Counted from the first letter of the stretch, positions 47,565 through 59,219 are shown. The stretch is DNA of 64,000 bases from Bacillota bacterium (GCA_963666425.2 OY762825.2:448001-512000); one strand, 5' to 3'. Numbers and translations are program-made. The notes: a model not told the origin generated them from the sequence alone.

Positions 47565-48638
47565 TCAGACCTTGTAATACTCTTTATACCATTCCGCGAA
47601 TTTCCGGAGACCATCCCGAAGGGAAGTTGACGGCTTAAAACCAAAGTCTCGCTCAAGTGCACTTATATCCGCATAGGTTACAGGAACATCACCTGGTTGC
47701 ATGGGAACTAATTCTTTATGGGATTCAAAATCGTAATCCGCAGGCAGTACCTTTGCGCGTATCAGTTCCTGCTGTAGAATATCAACAAAATCGAGTAAGC
47801 TTTCAGGGTGATTATTACCGATATTGTAAACTCTATACGGTGGAAGCGGTAGTCCATCTTCACCATTGACCTTCTCCGGTGCACATTGCATCACTCGCTT
47901 TACACCTTCAACAATATCGTCCACATAAGTGAAATCACGCAAGCAATTGCCATAGTTGAAGATTTGGATAGTCTGACCATTCAGGAGCTTATTAGTAAAG
48001 CCAAAGTAGGCCATATCTGGGCGTCCAGCAGGACCATAAACCGTAAAGAAACGCAAGCCAGTGGATGGAATGTTGTAAAGTTTAGAATAGGCATGGGCAA
48101 ATAATTCATTGCTCTTCTTTGTAGCTGCATAGAGGGACATTGGATTATCAACCTTGTCATCTATGCTATACGGTACTTTCTTATTTGCACCATATACAGA
48201 TGAAGACGAGGCATAAATAAGATGCTCCACTGGATAAAGGCGGCATGCTTCCAAGATATTATAGAAGCCAAGAATGTTGGATTCGATATACACATCGGGA
48301 TGATCAATGGAGTAGCGAACACCAGCTTGAGCAGCAAGGTTGACGACAACATCAAAGTGGTATTTTTCGAATGTGGATGTGACGAGTTCCTTATCCGCTA
48401 AGTTGCCACGAATAAAAAACCAGGAGGTTTCCGAATGCTGCGCTGCAAGTTCCTCTATTTGGCGAAGCCGGTATTCTTTTAAAGATACATCATAGTAGTC
48501 ATTTACAGAATCGAAGCCAACGATGTTTATAGGAGTGACTGTTTTCAACAGTTCTGTGATAAAGTTTGATCCGATAAAACCAGCTGCGCCAGTAATTAGG
48601 ATTTTTTTGTTTTTGAGTTCAACATTAGTCTCAATCAT
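47565..48638 (-). CDS. NAD-dependent epimerase (UDP-glucuronate 4-epimerase, CapI/WbnF-like)
   Basis: ITGAAGFIG, NLAAQAGVRYS, YAATKK, GLRFFTVYGP.GRPDMAY and PMQPGDV. Confidence 0.92.
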   Translation of the reverse strand: MIETNVELKNKKILITGAAGFIGSNFITELLKTVTPINIVGFDSVNDYYDVSLKEYRLRQIEELAAQHSETSWFFIRGNLADKELVTSTFEKYHFDVVVNLAAQAGVRYSIDHPDVYIESNILGFYNILEACRLYPVEHLIYASSSSVYGANKKVPYSIDDKVDNPMSLYAATKKSNELFAHAYSKLYNIPSTGLRFFTVYGPAGRPDMAYFGFTNKLLNGQTIQIFNYGNCLRDFTYVDDIVEGVKRVMQCAPEKVNGEDGLPLPPYRVYNIGNNHPESLLDFVDILQQELIRAKVLPADYDFESHKELVPMQPGDVPVTYADISALERDFGFKPSTSLRDGLRKFAEWYKEYYKV

Positions 48639-48693
48639 AAGTAACTCCTTTGACATTTTCAAAACTTTCTCCATACTATCTTGTGGCCACACC

Positions 48694-49745
48694 GTAACAG
48701 TCAAATAACACCCACGTAGTCAAACAAGTTGAGAAATGAGATAAATACCTTTTAAAGGAGGTGATGTCATGGAAATAGGAAAAGCACAGATATCCAAGAG
48801 ACACATGGAGCAAGAAAGGACCGAGCTGCTAAATTTGTATCTGTGCATCGGAATGTCAAAATATGATTACTCTGGAGTAGTTTAGTCACCGGTCCGCACC
48901 CTCTCACACTATGTGGCTGTTTGGCTCATGTCAGACGTAAGTTTAACAAAGCTCTGCAGTTTGCGCTGACAAAACAAATTCACCTGAAACAAAAAGGTGA
49001 AGCGTTTTGCAATACACTCTTTGAAAAAGAACGACTTACAACAAAAATGTCTGTCTCAGAGCGCTACGACCTGCGCCAGAAAGAATCAAAACCACTGACA
49101 GTGGAGTTTTTCGCGTGGGTTGCACAGCAGACAAGCAACAGTTTACCGCAGAGTCTCTTGGGTAAGGTGCTACCGATACTCAGAATCAGAAAAAAACATC
49201 TGCTCATCTTCTGAGTACTCCGGAGTAGTTTGAGCCATCGGACCGGAGCCCGCGAGCCACTGTACTGGTGGAATGAGTCCTTTGGAGTACAGACATAGTT
49301 TGGATTTAGTAGCTTAGGTCCAAGAATATGTCTTCTCCCCCGATGGCTTCGCCACACCGGAATATCCACCTTCCTAGCAGATGGCCGGCTTAAGCTATCC
49401 AACAATAGAGCGGAGCGAGCGATCAAGCCATTTGTAATTGGACGTAAAAACTGGTTGTTTTGAAACACACCCGCCAGTGCCAGATCTTTTGCTGCGATAC
49501 AGTATTGTAGAGACCGCAAAGGAAAATGATCTTATTCCGTATGCATATCTTGAGTATGTCTTCGAGATGATCTATCGGTATAAAACAGAACCGATAGAAT
49601 CGCTGCTGCAGTGGACAGTGGAAATTCCACTAAGCTGCAAATAGAAAAATTCTCCTTGAGTTAAAAATATCCATATTAGCAAGGGATGACTGTGCCCCTT
49701 CGGGTGGCTTTATTTTTTTCTTGGTGGGTGTTATTTTACGATTAT
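48694..49745 (+). mobile_element. Degenerate IS66-family element (tnpA/tnpC fragments) with both IRs, interrupted by an IS21 end at 49212
   Basis: Left end GTAACAGTCAAATAACACCCAC, right end GTGGGTGTTATTTTACGATTAT; TnpC motifs CLAHVRRKF, DGRLKLSNNRAERAIKPFVIGRKNWLF and YSIVETAKEN. Confidence 0.8.
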
Positions 49746-50047
49746 GTTATTTTTATCACGCGCTCAAACTGTACCGGTGTACTCACGCTTTTACATAACG
49801 TGTTTCAAACCTACCATCTTTCCGTTGTTGAATGTTGTTACCATTTCTCATTACCCCTCCAAAAGTTTTTTAGTGGTCATCTATTTTTCACTATTAGGTA
49901 GTTCGCTGCTCTCATTGTAAAAGTTAATTATCGCGTGTCATCTTTTACACTCGATTATATCTTCTGATGCTCCTATAAGTATCCTTATAAACTGTCAAAT
50001 AATCCTGATTTTTTGCGGATTTCTTCAGAAAATTTACGATTCACACT

Positions 50048-50578
50048 TTACTTTCCTCTAATGAATTCTTTTCTATTCAACAAATAATCTTTCTTTTTGG
50101 CCTTTGACATATACTTCGTATGTGAAAAATCATTGTCATGTTTAGTTTTATATTCGTCTATTGTTTCAATTATTTTTGCAGGAATGCCTGCAACAATTGA
50201 ATTATCAGGTACATCTTTCGTCACAATTGCACCACAACCAACTATGCAATTGTTGCCAATTGTCACACCGGGCATTATTATTGCGTCCGTACCTATATGC
50301 ACATTGTTTTTTACCACAATCTTTCCAAATAAATCTACATCATTATAGCCATTATAGAGGTTTCTGATAACCCACGCACCTCCATCATGAGTAACAAACT
50401 TTACACCATAATTAACACGGACATGATCTCCGATTTCAACAAGATATGGTTCAGTACCGAAATCGCAACCTTGCATAAGAGTTGCATTTCCTTTAATGAT
50501 AAGTCCTTCCCTAACCCAATACGATAACGGATTAATTCTACGTAAATACATTTTGTATATTTTCTCAAATATGTTCAT
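50048..50578 (-). CDS. Hexapeptide-repeat acyltransferase
   Basis: VEIGDHV, FVTHDGG, IIMPGVTIGNNCIVGCGAIVTKDVPDNSIVAGIPAK. Confidence 0.9.
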   Translation of the reverse strand: MNIFEKIYKMYLRRINPLSYWVREGLIIKGNATLMQGCDFGTEPYLVEIGDHVRVNYGVKFVTHDGGAWVIRNLYNGYNDVDLFGKIVVKNNVHIGTDAIIMPGVTIGNNCIVGCGAIVTKDVPDNSIVAGIPAKIIETIDEYKTKHDNDFSHTKYMSKAKKKDYLLNRKEFIRGK

Positions 50579-50615
50579 ACTCTCATTTTCCTCCTTTATC
50601 TGTTAATTTCTATCT

Positions 50616-52136
50616 TTACCCCACCCAATTAAACAAATGTTTAATCTTAGTCAGCATAATACTTAATTCATATCTGTAAAAAACAAAATTAATAGCAAGC
50701 GTAATCGCTGAAATGAGAATAGTAAGCATACAAGCGTTAACAATCCAAGAAAAAGAGTCTTTTACCTCAATATAAGAAAGTCTTTGTAGCATAAATGAAA
50801 TTCCAATAGTCGCGAAACTTATCAAATACCTTTTTATTGCATACCAAAATTTATATGCTATCAGGTGCTTAGTCAAATAAATAATCAGATCTATGGTTCT
50901 ATAAACCATCCCCACCAAGGTTCCAACCGCAACACCTACGACTCCATACTTTTGCACCAACAATATAGATACTGCTATGTTAATTCCCGCCTCAATAAAC
51001 GCACCTTTTTGTGTTTCTCTGAAATGGCCTGCAGCATTCACAATCGATTGATATGGTTGACGCAAACAATAGAACATTTCAGCCAATAGTATAAAAACAG
51101 CAAAATCAAAGCGTAAATAATTAGCATCTTGTATACCGGCTGTGTACAGTTTCACAAAGGAAATAATAGTACATAATGCGACAGAAAAAAGAATGCTTGC
51201 CACGAAATGTACGATAAATATGTAAATACGCATTGTATCATCTAGTGTCTTTTTCTCACCCTTTGCAAGCATATCCCCCAATGCTGCTTGAAATGGGTTT
51301 GTTGTCATAGAAATAATGGCATTCAGTCCGTTAGTTATTACAGAATACACCGAATAAACCGACACTTCTTTTAGCGTCGAAAAAATCGTCAGCACAAAAA
51401 TATCCGTTTTCCTATGGACGAAATCTGCTAAAGAATAGCCAGCTCCTGCCCATCTCTGCTTAATGGCTGTATTATCAGCTTCTACATGATTATTAAGATG
51501 GTATTTTTTTACTGTATAAACTCTCAAAACTATCGGTTGAATAATAAATACTGTCGCGCTACTTGCTGTTACCAAATGAATTGAGCAACCAATATATATT
51601 AAAAAAGCTGAAAAAATGATATTTAGTATCGTCGCAATAAGTTGCGTGATGTCGTATACATATGCTCTCTGATCTGCAGTCACTAAAGAGCGATACGTAA
51701 AACCAAAAAGATACTGCGTGATAGTACTCGCGCCAATAATGGCAACTAGCGCTGCAGAATAAAAATAACTAAAACTGCTATTACCAAGAAGTGGATAGAC
51801 AATGGTTAATATGACGACATATACGAAACAAAGAATTGCTATTTTTCTAAAAAAGATTTCTGCTGCTTTGACAACACTACTTATCTGCTTATTATCTGAG
51901 TACGCTAATGGTTTATAAAGTGCAGCTCTTATAACACCACCAACTCCCATTTGTAGTAAGGAAGTATACCCCATAAATTGCGTTATCGAAGCAATTAATC
52001 CGTTTACCTCTGAACCGAATCTACTAAGGATTAGCCGTGGAATAACAAGCGCAGATACAATATTTACAATTGTCAAGACAAAGGCCACTAATGTTGACAC
52101 AAATGCTTTTTGACTTCTTGACAGCGACATTTTCAA
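50616..52136 (-). CDS. wzx: Polysaccharide flippase
   Basis: About 12-14 TM segments; FGSEVNGL, LYKPLA, TDIFVL and NAAGHF. Confidence 0.82.
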   Translation of the reverse strand: MKMSLSRSQKAFVSTLVAFVLTIVNIVSALVIPRLILSRFGSEVNGLIASITQFMGYTSLLQMGVGGVIRAALYKPLAYSDNKQISSVVKAAEIFFRKIAILCFVYVVILTIVYPLLGNSSFSYFYSAALVAIIGASTITQYLFGFTYRSLVTADQRAYVYDITQLIATILNIIFSAFLIYIGCSIHLVTASSATVFIIQPIVLRVYTVKKYHLNNHVEADNTAIKQRWAGAGYSLADFVHRKTDIFVLTIFSTLKEVSVYSVYSVITNGLNAIISMTTNPFQAALGDMLAKGEKKTLDDTMRIYIFIVHFVASILFSVALCTIISFVKLYTAGIQDANYLRFDFAVFILLAEMFYCLRQPYQSIVNAAGHFRETQKGAFIEAGINIAVSILLVQKYGVVGVAVGTLVGMVYRTIDLIIYLTKHLIAYKFWYAIKRYLISFATIGISFMLQRLSYIEVKDSFSWIVNACMLTILISAITLAINFVFYRYELSIMLTKIKHLFNWVG

Positions 52137-52178
52137 TTTCTCCGTTTCAACACTACGTTCTTTGGTTATAGATATATA

Positions 52179-53621
52179 CTAATCATTGATAGCAGTTCGT
52201 TTCCAGCGAAAAGCACTTTCCAATAACCAAACAATAAATATATACACTATTACTTCATAGAAAAAATTCTTTGTTCCGTTTTGCAATGTATTCCTTGCAA
52301 TATATACAAGCGCAGATAAAGAAGCTACCGAGAATAATTCGCTAAAAGCATTTTTAGATCTCACGTTAAACAGTTTACCAAAAACGGCTCCCAGAGCCAA
52401 GGCAAACAAAGGCCCAAATATATAGCCAAAGTTCAGGTATAATTCGGCTATTACTGAAAATCCTACTCCATATTTCAATCCCAAATAAGAAAATGAAAAC
52501 CAGTTGGATAATGACACATAAGGAATTCCAAAGAAAGTTATCATTCTTTCAGAAATCATACCTAACAAGGCAAGTAATAACGTATTGCCATACGGATATA
52601 TATTAGTTCCTGCCGACACTAGGCTTACTAAAGGCGCCATTGACCCCCCCATTTCAAACAAAGCACTCGAAATTGGAGAATCAATTGAATATAATGCCTC
52701 AAACAAATCACTATATGCAAATTGTGAAGACCTAACTTTTGTAACCGCTACCAAAAAAGCTAATGTCACATATCCCATCACACAAATTACAATCAATTTG
52801 CCTTTGTTTACGCGTTTCTCAATTCTTTTTTCCATATGCCAAAACAAAAGTATCATTAATTGGTAAACAAATCCTCTATCTCCAGAAGCAAAACTAATAA
52901 GTGATACAAGTATTAGCGATCCATAAGCATATCTTTTTATTCCTTTATGATTTTCAACATTGCCAATTAAAATTCCCATTATGCAGGGAAAAAACATCAT
53001 ACTTATCAATACCAAAACTGTACTTGTAGCATATGCGTGGTTACCATAATATAATGAACTGTAACCATATCTATTTGCAATTATATAGTTTCTAATCGTA
53101 CAATAAAATGCTATAGGAATAATAACAAATGAAATTATCAAATTCGCATGAAGAAAAGTAGTCTGATTACTCTGATTATTCACTCTTGAAAGTAGGAATA
53201 CCTCTTTCTGTTTCCTGTTATAGAGAAGAAGCAGTCCAGTATTTAGCATTAATAGTGTAAAAAGTGTAATTAATTGTGTTTTGCATAAGATTAAATCGCT
53301 GATAATGAATATATTGTATAATAAGGTTGATCCAATCTCGCGTTCAGCATGGATCCCCAAAGCCCACATAAAGCACTGACCATAATTAAACAAAAAACAG
53401 AACATAATAAATAAAATTTGCTTTGAAAACCAACTTTGTGTTATTTTCTTCCATTGAACAGAATGCAAAATCAACTGCATAATTCCTAACCAACAAAATG
53501 CGAATTTCATTCCACTCAATATTGAATTATTAAAACCATCTAAACTTATATAAATCATAATATATATTGGTAATGCAAAAATAACGATAATAACATTTGT
53601 CTGTTTTACATATTTTCCCAT
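52179..53621 (-). CDS. wzy: Polysaccharide polymerase
   Basis: Multi-TM; SGDRG, EMGGS and GFSVIAELYLNFG. Confidence 0.78.
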   Translation of the reverse strand: MGKYVKQTNVIIVIFALPIYIMIYISLDGFNNSILSGMKFAFCWLGIMQLILHSVQWKKITQSWFSKQILFIMFCFLFNYGQCFMWALGIHAEREIGSTLLYNIFIISDLILCKTQLITLFTLLMLNTGLLLLYNRKQKEVFLLSRVNNQSNQTTFLHANLIISFVIIPIAFYCTIRNYIIANRYGYSSLYYGNHAYATSTVLVLISMMFFPCIMGILIGNVENHKGIKRYAYGSLILVSLISFASGDRGFVYQLMILLFWHMEKRIEKRVNKGKLIVICVMGYVTLAFLVAVTKVRSSQFAYSDLFEALYSIDSPISSALFEMGGSMAPLVSLVSAGTNIYPYGNTLLLALLGMISERMITFFGIPYVSLSNWFSFSYLGLKYGVGFSVIAELYLNFGYIFGPLFALALGAVFGKLFNVRSKNAFSELFSVASLSALVYIARNTLQNGTKNFFYEVIVYIFIVWLLESAFRWKRTAIND

Positions 53622-53645
53622 GCCATCCCCCGCTTTTTGGGATTA

Positions 53646-54719
53646 TTAGATATTAATTATGCTATAGCAGAACTCCAGCCAATTATTGCATACGATATCA
53701 ACTGACAGTCGATCCTTAATGAGTTTTGCATTCTGACTAATTCTTATCCGTAGTGTTTCATCCTCCGCGATTTTTTCCATAGCTTGTAAAAGGCGGTGAC
53801 AATCTCCAACGGGTACCAAAAGACCATTTTCTTCATCCTCTATCAGAAATTTTGGACCGCCACATGGGCAATCTGTTGAAATACATGGAAGTCCCATCGC
53901 CATAGCTTCCATTAAAGCATTTGGCATTCCTTCAAAATCTGACGACATAACAAACATCTCAGCACTTTTTATTCTTTCAAGTACGTCATTGCATGCTTCG
54001 TTTATAAAGATTTTATGTTGCAATCCTTTTTGAATCACATAGTCTTTTGTCTTATCTCTCAATTCTCCTGAACCATATATATTTAAACAGAATTTCGGGT
54101 GTATCTTAACGAAAAGTGCAAATGAGTCAATCAATAGTTTATGATTCTTCTGCGCCGTTAATCTACCCACTGTTACAATATTTCCTTTCTTAAATTTCGC
54201 TTCAGGTAAATAGCTTGCAAGAAGAGGGTTGGGGATCACTCTAGATCTTTTTTGTATTTTCTCACAATAAAAGGCCCGTGCATCCGGGGTTTGAAATACA
54301 AAGCCATCTGCAAATTGCATAAGTAAACGCGCTATATGCGCTACAAATTTTTTCCCGAGAAAATGATTCGGGTCATTTCTCTCCGAAATGATATGCGGTA
54401 CATGTGTGCCAAATATTGCTGGCACTGTATAAATGCAAAGTGGCACACCCATTGTAATTACAACTGATGGGGATTCGGAAGAAATAATATCATGTAACTT
54501 TCTGACTGTGTTTATTGCTTCCTTTTTGCTTTTCTGTTCAAGTTTGATTAATTTGATATCATTACCCACTTCATAATTGTTATACGAGCTGCCCAAAGCA
54601 ATAACAACTGCATCAATGTTTTGTGAAATCAACCATCTGGCTAATGTAAATGCAACGCGTTGAGCACCTCCCATAGATATATTAGATATAATTATTACTA
54701 TTTTTTCTATTGAACGCAT
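53646..54719 (-). CDS. Glycosyltransferase family 4
   Basis: GGAQRV, ISERN, VGRL..QKN and EGMPNALMEAMAMGLP. Confidence 0.9.
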   Translation of the reverse strand: MRSIEKIVIIISNISMGGAQRVAFTLARWLISQNIDAVVIALGSSYNNYEVGNDIKLIKLEQKSKKEAINTVRKLHDIISSESPSVVITMGVPLCIYTVPAIFGTHVPHIISERNDPNHFLGKKFVAHIARLLMQFADGFVFQTPDARAFYCEKIQKRSRVIPNPLLASYLPEAKFKKGNIVTVGRLTAQKNHKLLIDSFALFVKIHPKFCLNIYGSGELRDKTKDYVIQKGLQHKIFINEACNDVLERIKSAEMFVMSSDFEGMPNALMEAMAMGLPCISTDCPCGGPKFLIEDEENGLLVPVGDCHRLLQAMEKIAEDETLRIRISQNAKLIKDRLSVDIVCNNWLEFCYSIINI

Positions 54720-54865
54720 CTCACATTACTCCCTGCTATTTTACATTTTCTTCTTTTTCCACTTCTATAATGGATAACGATAGTGCTTATTGGACAGGGA
54801 ATCAAGTTATCAATCAGAATTTCTTACATCAAATGGAAAATGTAATGGAGTCTACAATTGCTACG

Positions 54866-56020
54866 TCAATTTTTTAAATAATCAAGCATCCGATTTCTCT
54901 CAATTTGTATTTTTTGTATATAATATTTCTGCGATTCGCGATAATTACGAAGAGCTTGCTGTTCCATGACATCTCTATTCATTCCTTGCAACACATGACA
55001 TATATCAAAAATACAATGATTATCGTTTCTAATAATAAAATCCTTTTCTAGTAATTCTGGAATTCCTCCGGTCATTGCTCCAAGCGCAGGCACTCCTCTA
55101 CTCATTGCTTCAATAAGAGCACGTGGCAACCCCTCTTGCCGACTAGGTTGTGCATATATATCGATAGTCTCTATCCAGTTTAGAACTGCATCATGTGAAA
55201 TCGCACCTTTAAAAACAACTTGTGCTTCGACACCATTCTTAAGCACTACGCTTTTTAAGTAGTGATTGTCACCTCCACCTACAAGCTCATATCGATAATT
55301 TACAATACCTTGTTCTTTTAGTTTCCCCATAGCCTCAATTACGTACTGCTGACCTTTATACCTAACATCAACAGCGGCTGCAGTTCCTATTGTGATAATC
55401 TCTTTGCTGTTTCTTATCCTTTCAATACGTTGCTTAATAATATTATTATGAGGTTCTGTAATTTGAACATTAGAACAGCTTGTAGAAATACCTTTTGTCG
55501 GATAACGTTTCTGTAGAAAGCCATTCGTTACGTAAATAACATACGGGGCGTTATGTATAACCTTTTTTTGTGCAAAAAAAGCTTGAGGTGCTAATATTTT
55601 TCCTTTCCAAGAATAGTTCCATAATGAATCCCAACTACAACCCACCACTTCGGTCAAATATGGTTTTTTATATTTTTTTGCATACTCAATTGCATAATTT
55701 GCTACATAAGAAGGGACACGCGCTACAACATAATTGCTCTTTCGCACCTGTTCTTCAATTATTTTTTTACATAATCCAACATAAAAAAGCCGTCCACGTA
55801 ATGTGTTCAAGTTTGGGATTTCTACATATTTTACATTACTGTGTTTTAAAACCGTGCTTTGCCTACAATCTTCTGTCGAACTAATTCTTGTAACAGATAC
55901 AAATTCATCTGCTAAGTAAAAATAGCGGTCGATGATTTCATCATTTAGTATTCCAGCATGCATATTCCCTTCTATGTCTTTGTATAACGGGCCATCATGA
56001 AAAAAAGCTAATTTGCTCAT
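54866..56020 (-). CDS. Glycosyltransferase family 4
   Basis: YKGQ and PSRQEGLPRALIEAMSRG...GGIPEL. Confidence 0.88.
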   Translation of the reverse strand: MSKLAFFHDGPLYKDIEGNMHAGILNDEIIDRYFYLADEFVSVTRISSTEDCRQSTVLKHSNVKYVEIPNLNTLRGRLFYVGLCKKIIEEQVRKSNYVVARVPSYVANYAIEYAKKYKKPYLTEVVGCSWDSLWNYSWKGKILAPQAFFAQKKVIHNAPYVIYVTNGFLQKRYPTKGISTSCSNVQITEPHNNIIKQRIERIRNSKEIITIGTAAAVDVRYKGQQYVIEAMGKLKEQGIVNYRYELVGGGDNHYLKSVVLKNGVEAQVVFKGAISHDAVLNWIETIDIYAQPSRQEGLPRALIEAMSRGVPALGAMTGGIPELLEKDFIIRNDNHCIFDICHVLQGMNRDVMEQQALRNYRESQKYYIQKIQIERNRMLDYLKN

Positions 56021-57180
56021 TTATCTTCCTCACACCTAAACATGTCATCTACTTTTTGATAGATTTCATACATCTTAAAAGCTGTATTATCAATGCTCAG
56101 CAATTCATTCACAAATCGAAATCCTTTATCTGCCATCTTCAAAGCATCTATTGGGTGCTCTAAATTCCAAATTACCCGATTTGCTATATCCACTGGTGAA
56201 TGTTTTGGAACAAGCCAACCTGTTTCTCCATTAATTACTATATCAGGAAAACCTCCTACATATGTTGCAATTGTTGGTACTTTATACGCCATAGATTCAC
56301 CTGCTCCTCCTAAATTCTCACTTAAAGAAGGATGGACAGCTATACGAAATTCATGGTATATCTTTGCTACATCAGATCTATATCCAGTGAAAATTATCCC
56401 CCCCGGACATTGCTTTTCGGCATAAGCTTTTACTTTATTTTCGTAATTTTGTGCTGTTCCCCAAGAGCAACCTACAATAATCCCAATTACGTCAGGATAA
56501 GACTTTCTAACGATTTTTATTGCGTCTATAAAATCCTCATGCCCTTTAATACCGCGAAACTGCATTAAGTAATATTTAGGTTTGTAAAAAAGGCTTACCA
56601 TGCCAATCAGGATTTTATCATTACTAATGAAATAGTCTTTATGTAATCTGTCTTCAGTTAAGTCAATATCCATTTCTCTACTTCCACCATAATAATCCAT
56701 ATAAACTCGGTTATCGGGAATGCCTTCTTTCCTATATATTTTCGAAGTATATTTGCATGTTCCAACAAAAACATCCCGGTTTCCTGCTGTAAAAATATCT
56801 ACTTTTCGAAACAACCAATACTCTAAATGTAATGGTCCAGGAATTTGAAAAATTCTTGGAATTCGATGTTGCTTACCGAGCGAAAGACGTAACATAATCG
56901 TCGTCGATACAAAATGTGAGTGAATTAAATCAGGAGATATCTCATTAACAAGCTTCTGTATCTCCTGTCTTCGTTTCCAGAAAGACCACGGACGATTTAG
57001 TGGTAACGATATATCACATTGAATTACATTCATACCAGCTTCGCGATATTTTTCTGCAAAACCACCTTTTCCATTAGGTAGTATCGTAATAATCTCAATG
57101 CCGTGCTCATGAAGCCATTTCGCTTGTCGAAATGCCCACCCGGCACCAATATTCGTTTTGACAACATTCATGACCTTCAT
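56017..57180 (-). CDS. Glycosyltransferase family 4
   Basis: PDLIHSH, KGHEDFI and HPSLSENLGGAGESM...VGGFPDIV. Confidence 0.88.
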   Translation of the reverse strand: MKVMNVVKTNIGAGWAFRQAKWLHEHGIEIITILPNGKGGFAEKYREAGMNVIQCDISLPLNRPWSFWKRRQEIQKLVNEISPDLIHSHFVSTTIMLRLSLGKQHRIPRIFQIPGPLHLEYWLFRKVDIFTAGNRDVFVGTCKYTSKIYRKEGIPDNRVYMDYYGGSREMDIDLTEDRLHKDYFISNDKILIGMVSLFYKPKYYLMQFRGIKGHEDFIDAIKIVRKSYPDVIGIIVGCSWGTAQNYENKVKAYAEKQCPGGIIFTGYRSDVAKIYHEFRIAVHPSLSENLGGAGESMAYKVPTIATYVGGFPDIVINGETGWLVPKHSPVDIANRVIWNLEHPIDALKMADKGFRFVNELLSIDNTAFKMYEIYQKVDDMFRCEEDK

Positions 57181-57470
57181 ATTAAATCACCTATTAAATC
57201 AGATTAAAATCATTGAGTGTTCTACCATACTTAGTATACTCTCAATAACCTAATAAGTACAGAGGATATTGGTATCATAAAGGGGTTTCCGTTCACCGGG
57301 ATTACCAATTAAATTCTAACACCTTCTGAAAGTACAATTAGGACGAATATTTGGATATTCTGGTGGCTGAGCTACAAGGGATGCGGAATACTCATATTCC
57401 ACTGAATACTTCTCTATACAAACCATCTGGATTGTTAAAATAAATATTGCTAATTAATAATATCTATATA

Positions 57471-58140
57471 CTATCCAATTACCATATCACTTATCGAACC
57501 ATACTGGCCATGTCCTGGATACACTATCATGTTTCGATCTAGTTTATTAAAAAGCGGAACAGTAATACTTTGATAGTCATTTTTGCTTCCACTAGGCAGT
57601 TTGGTAATAACAGGACAATTCAACATACTATCTCCGGAGAATAAGCAATTCTTATCAAATAGAATACATATGCTCCCTTTTGAATGACCCGGTGTTTCAA
57701 ACAACTCTAATTGGTGGTTACCAAACGGCAGTTGGTATTTTTCTCTAAACACAACGTCCTGCATAGCAAACTGAAAGGCTTAACATGCAGTTTTTTGACT
57801 TGTAACTTTATTTCTTCGGAATGCATACAGAAAAAGCGCCTCAAAAATATGCGGAGCGGTTTTTTTTTTAGGGTCCTTAATCATCTCTGCACAGATTTTA
57901 TTCGAAATGATACTGCATGCGAACAAATTTCGAAGATAATTCACACCAGATATGTGATCATAGTGTTCATGTGTTAATATAATGTTAAGATTACTTATTT
58001 CCCTATCATGTAGTAAATCGACAGCTTCTTTCGACTTGCAGGGATCAATGACAATCGCAGAGTCAACACTCTCTTCATTCAGCAGTAGCACATACATGCA
58101 AGAGTCTATTGGCTGGAATTTAAAAACATGAATTTCTATA
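57471..58140 (-). pseudogene. MBL-fold metallo-hydrolase, split by frameshift(s), possibly assembly error
   Basis: THEHYDH in 57780-58184; TPGHSKGS, FSGD and YPGHG in 57471-57764. Confidence 0.75.
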
Positions 58141-59219
58141 TCACAAATCGGACTTGAGCATTTCACAGAAATCCATACCTCCAAGTTTAATTGTCATCGC
58201 ACACCAACTAAGCCCCGCACCAAATGCACATAAACAGCAATTCAGTTCCTTCGGTTCCAACATATGAGAAGACAAGTTGTGTACAATATCAACAGGAATA
58301 GACGCACCGCTTGGATTGCCATAATTTTTCAACAATATCCATAAACACTTTTTCGCGTGGTATTCCTATCCTATCTGCCAATTTCTGCAACATGAAGCGG
58401 TTAGGCTGATGGAAAATAAACCAGTCAATGTCTTCTTTCTTGATTCCAGCAAATTCAAGAGTATCGTTAATAAGTGGTGGTACTTCTGTCTGAACAAAAG
58501 TAAATACGCCAGAACCGTCCATGCAAAGATTGTCTAATGCTCTATAGTTTTCCACTTCCATCGTCCTTTAATTCTGCCCGTTTCAGCTGAAGAAGGCAAT
58601 CTGGAGCCACCTGCAGGAATAATCAATGCATCACGTCGACTACCATCAGTTTTATAAACCATATGAATAGTCTCAGAGTTTTTGTCGTTTTCGATAACAG
58701 TGACAGTAGCTGCATCACCTATGAGTGGATAACTATTACGGTCTTTCCTGGAAACTTTATGGCTAAGAACATCGGCATTGAATAACAGCACCTTCTTATT
58801 ATCAAGATGTTCAAGTAAAATAAAAGCTTCCATAAGACCAAGAATATATCCGCAGCATCCTTGAGCAAGATCAACACAGAGAACATCCTCCGATAATGCG
58901 CATTCACCATGAAATCACATTACTTACATGCGGCATAAAGTAGTCCGGTGTAACAGTCACAGTAACAATTGCACCTATTTCTTCTTTTGTTATCTTCCCA
59001 GCAGATAGTAGATAGTTTAGGACCATACACACATAAATCCGAGGTAGATGTCTCTGGCTTTGCGACAACATGCTTCTTATATCCCATGATTTTCTTTAGG
59101 CGCATTGTCTGCGATTCTGGAAATAAGTAATTACTTACCTCATCTTCAAAGAAAATTTCATTTTCTGGTAGTACCGCCAAGACACCATTGATTCTTTTCC
59201 CCGAAAACTTTGTTTTCAT
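58141..59219 (-). pseudogene. FabH-like ketoacyl-ACP synthase III, split over several frames, possibly assembly error
   Basis: Successive fragments carry ETSTSDLC, QGCCGY, LIGDAA, DGSGVFTF...FHQPN, YGNPSGASIP and FGAGLSW. Confidence 0.8.
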
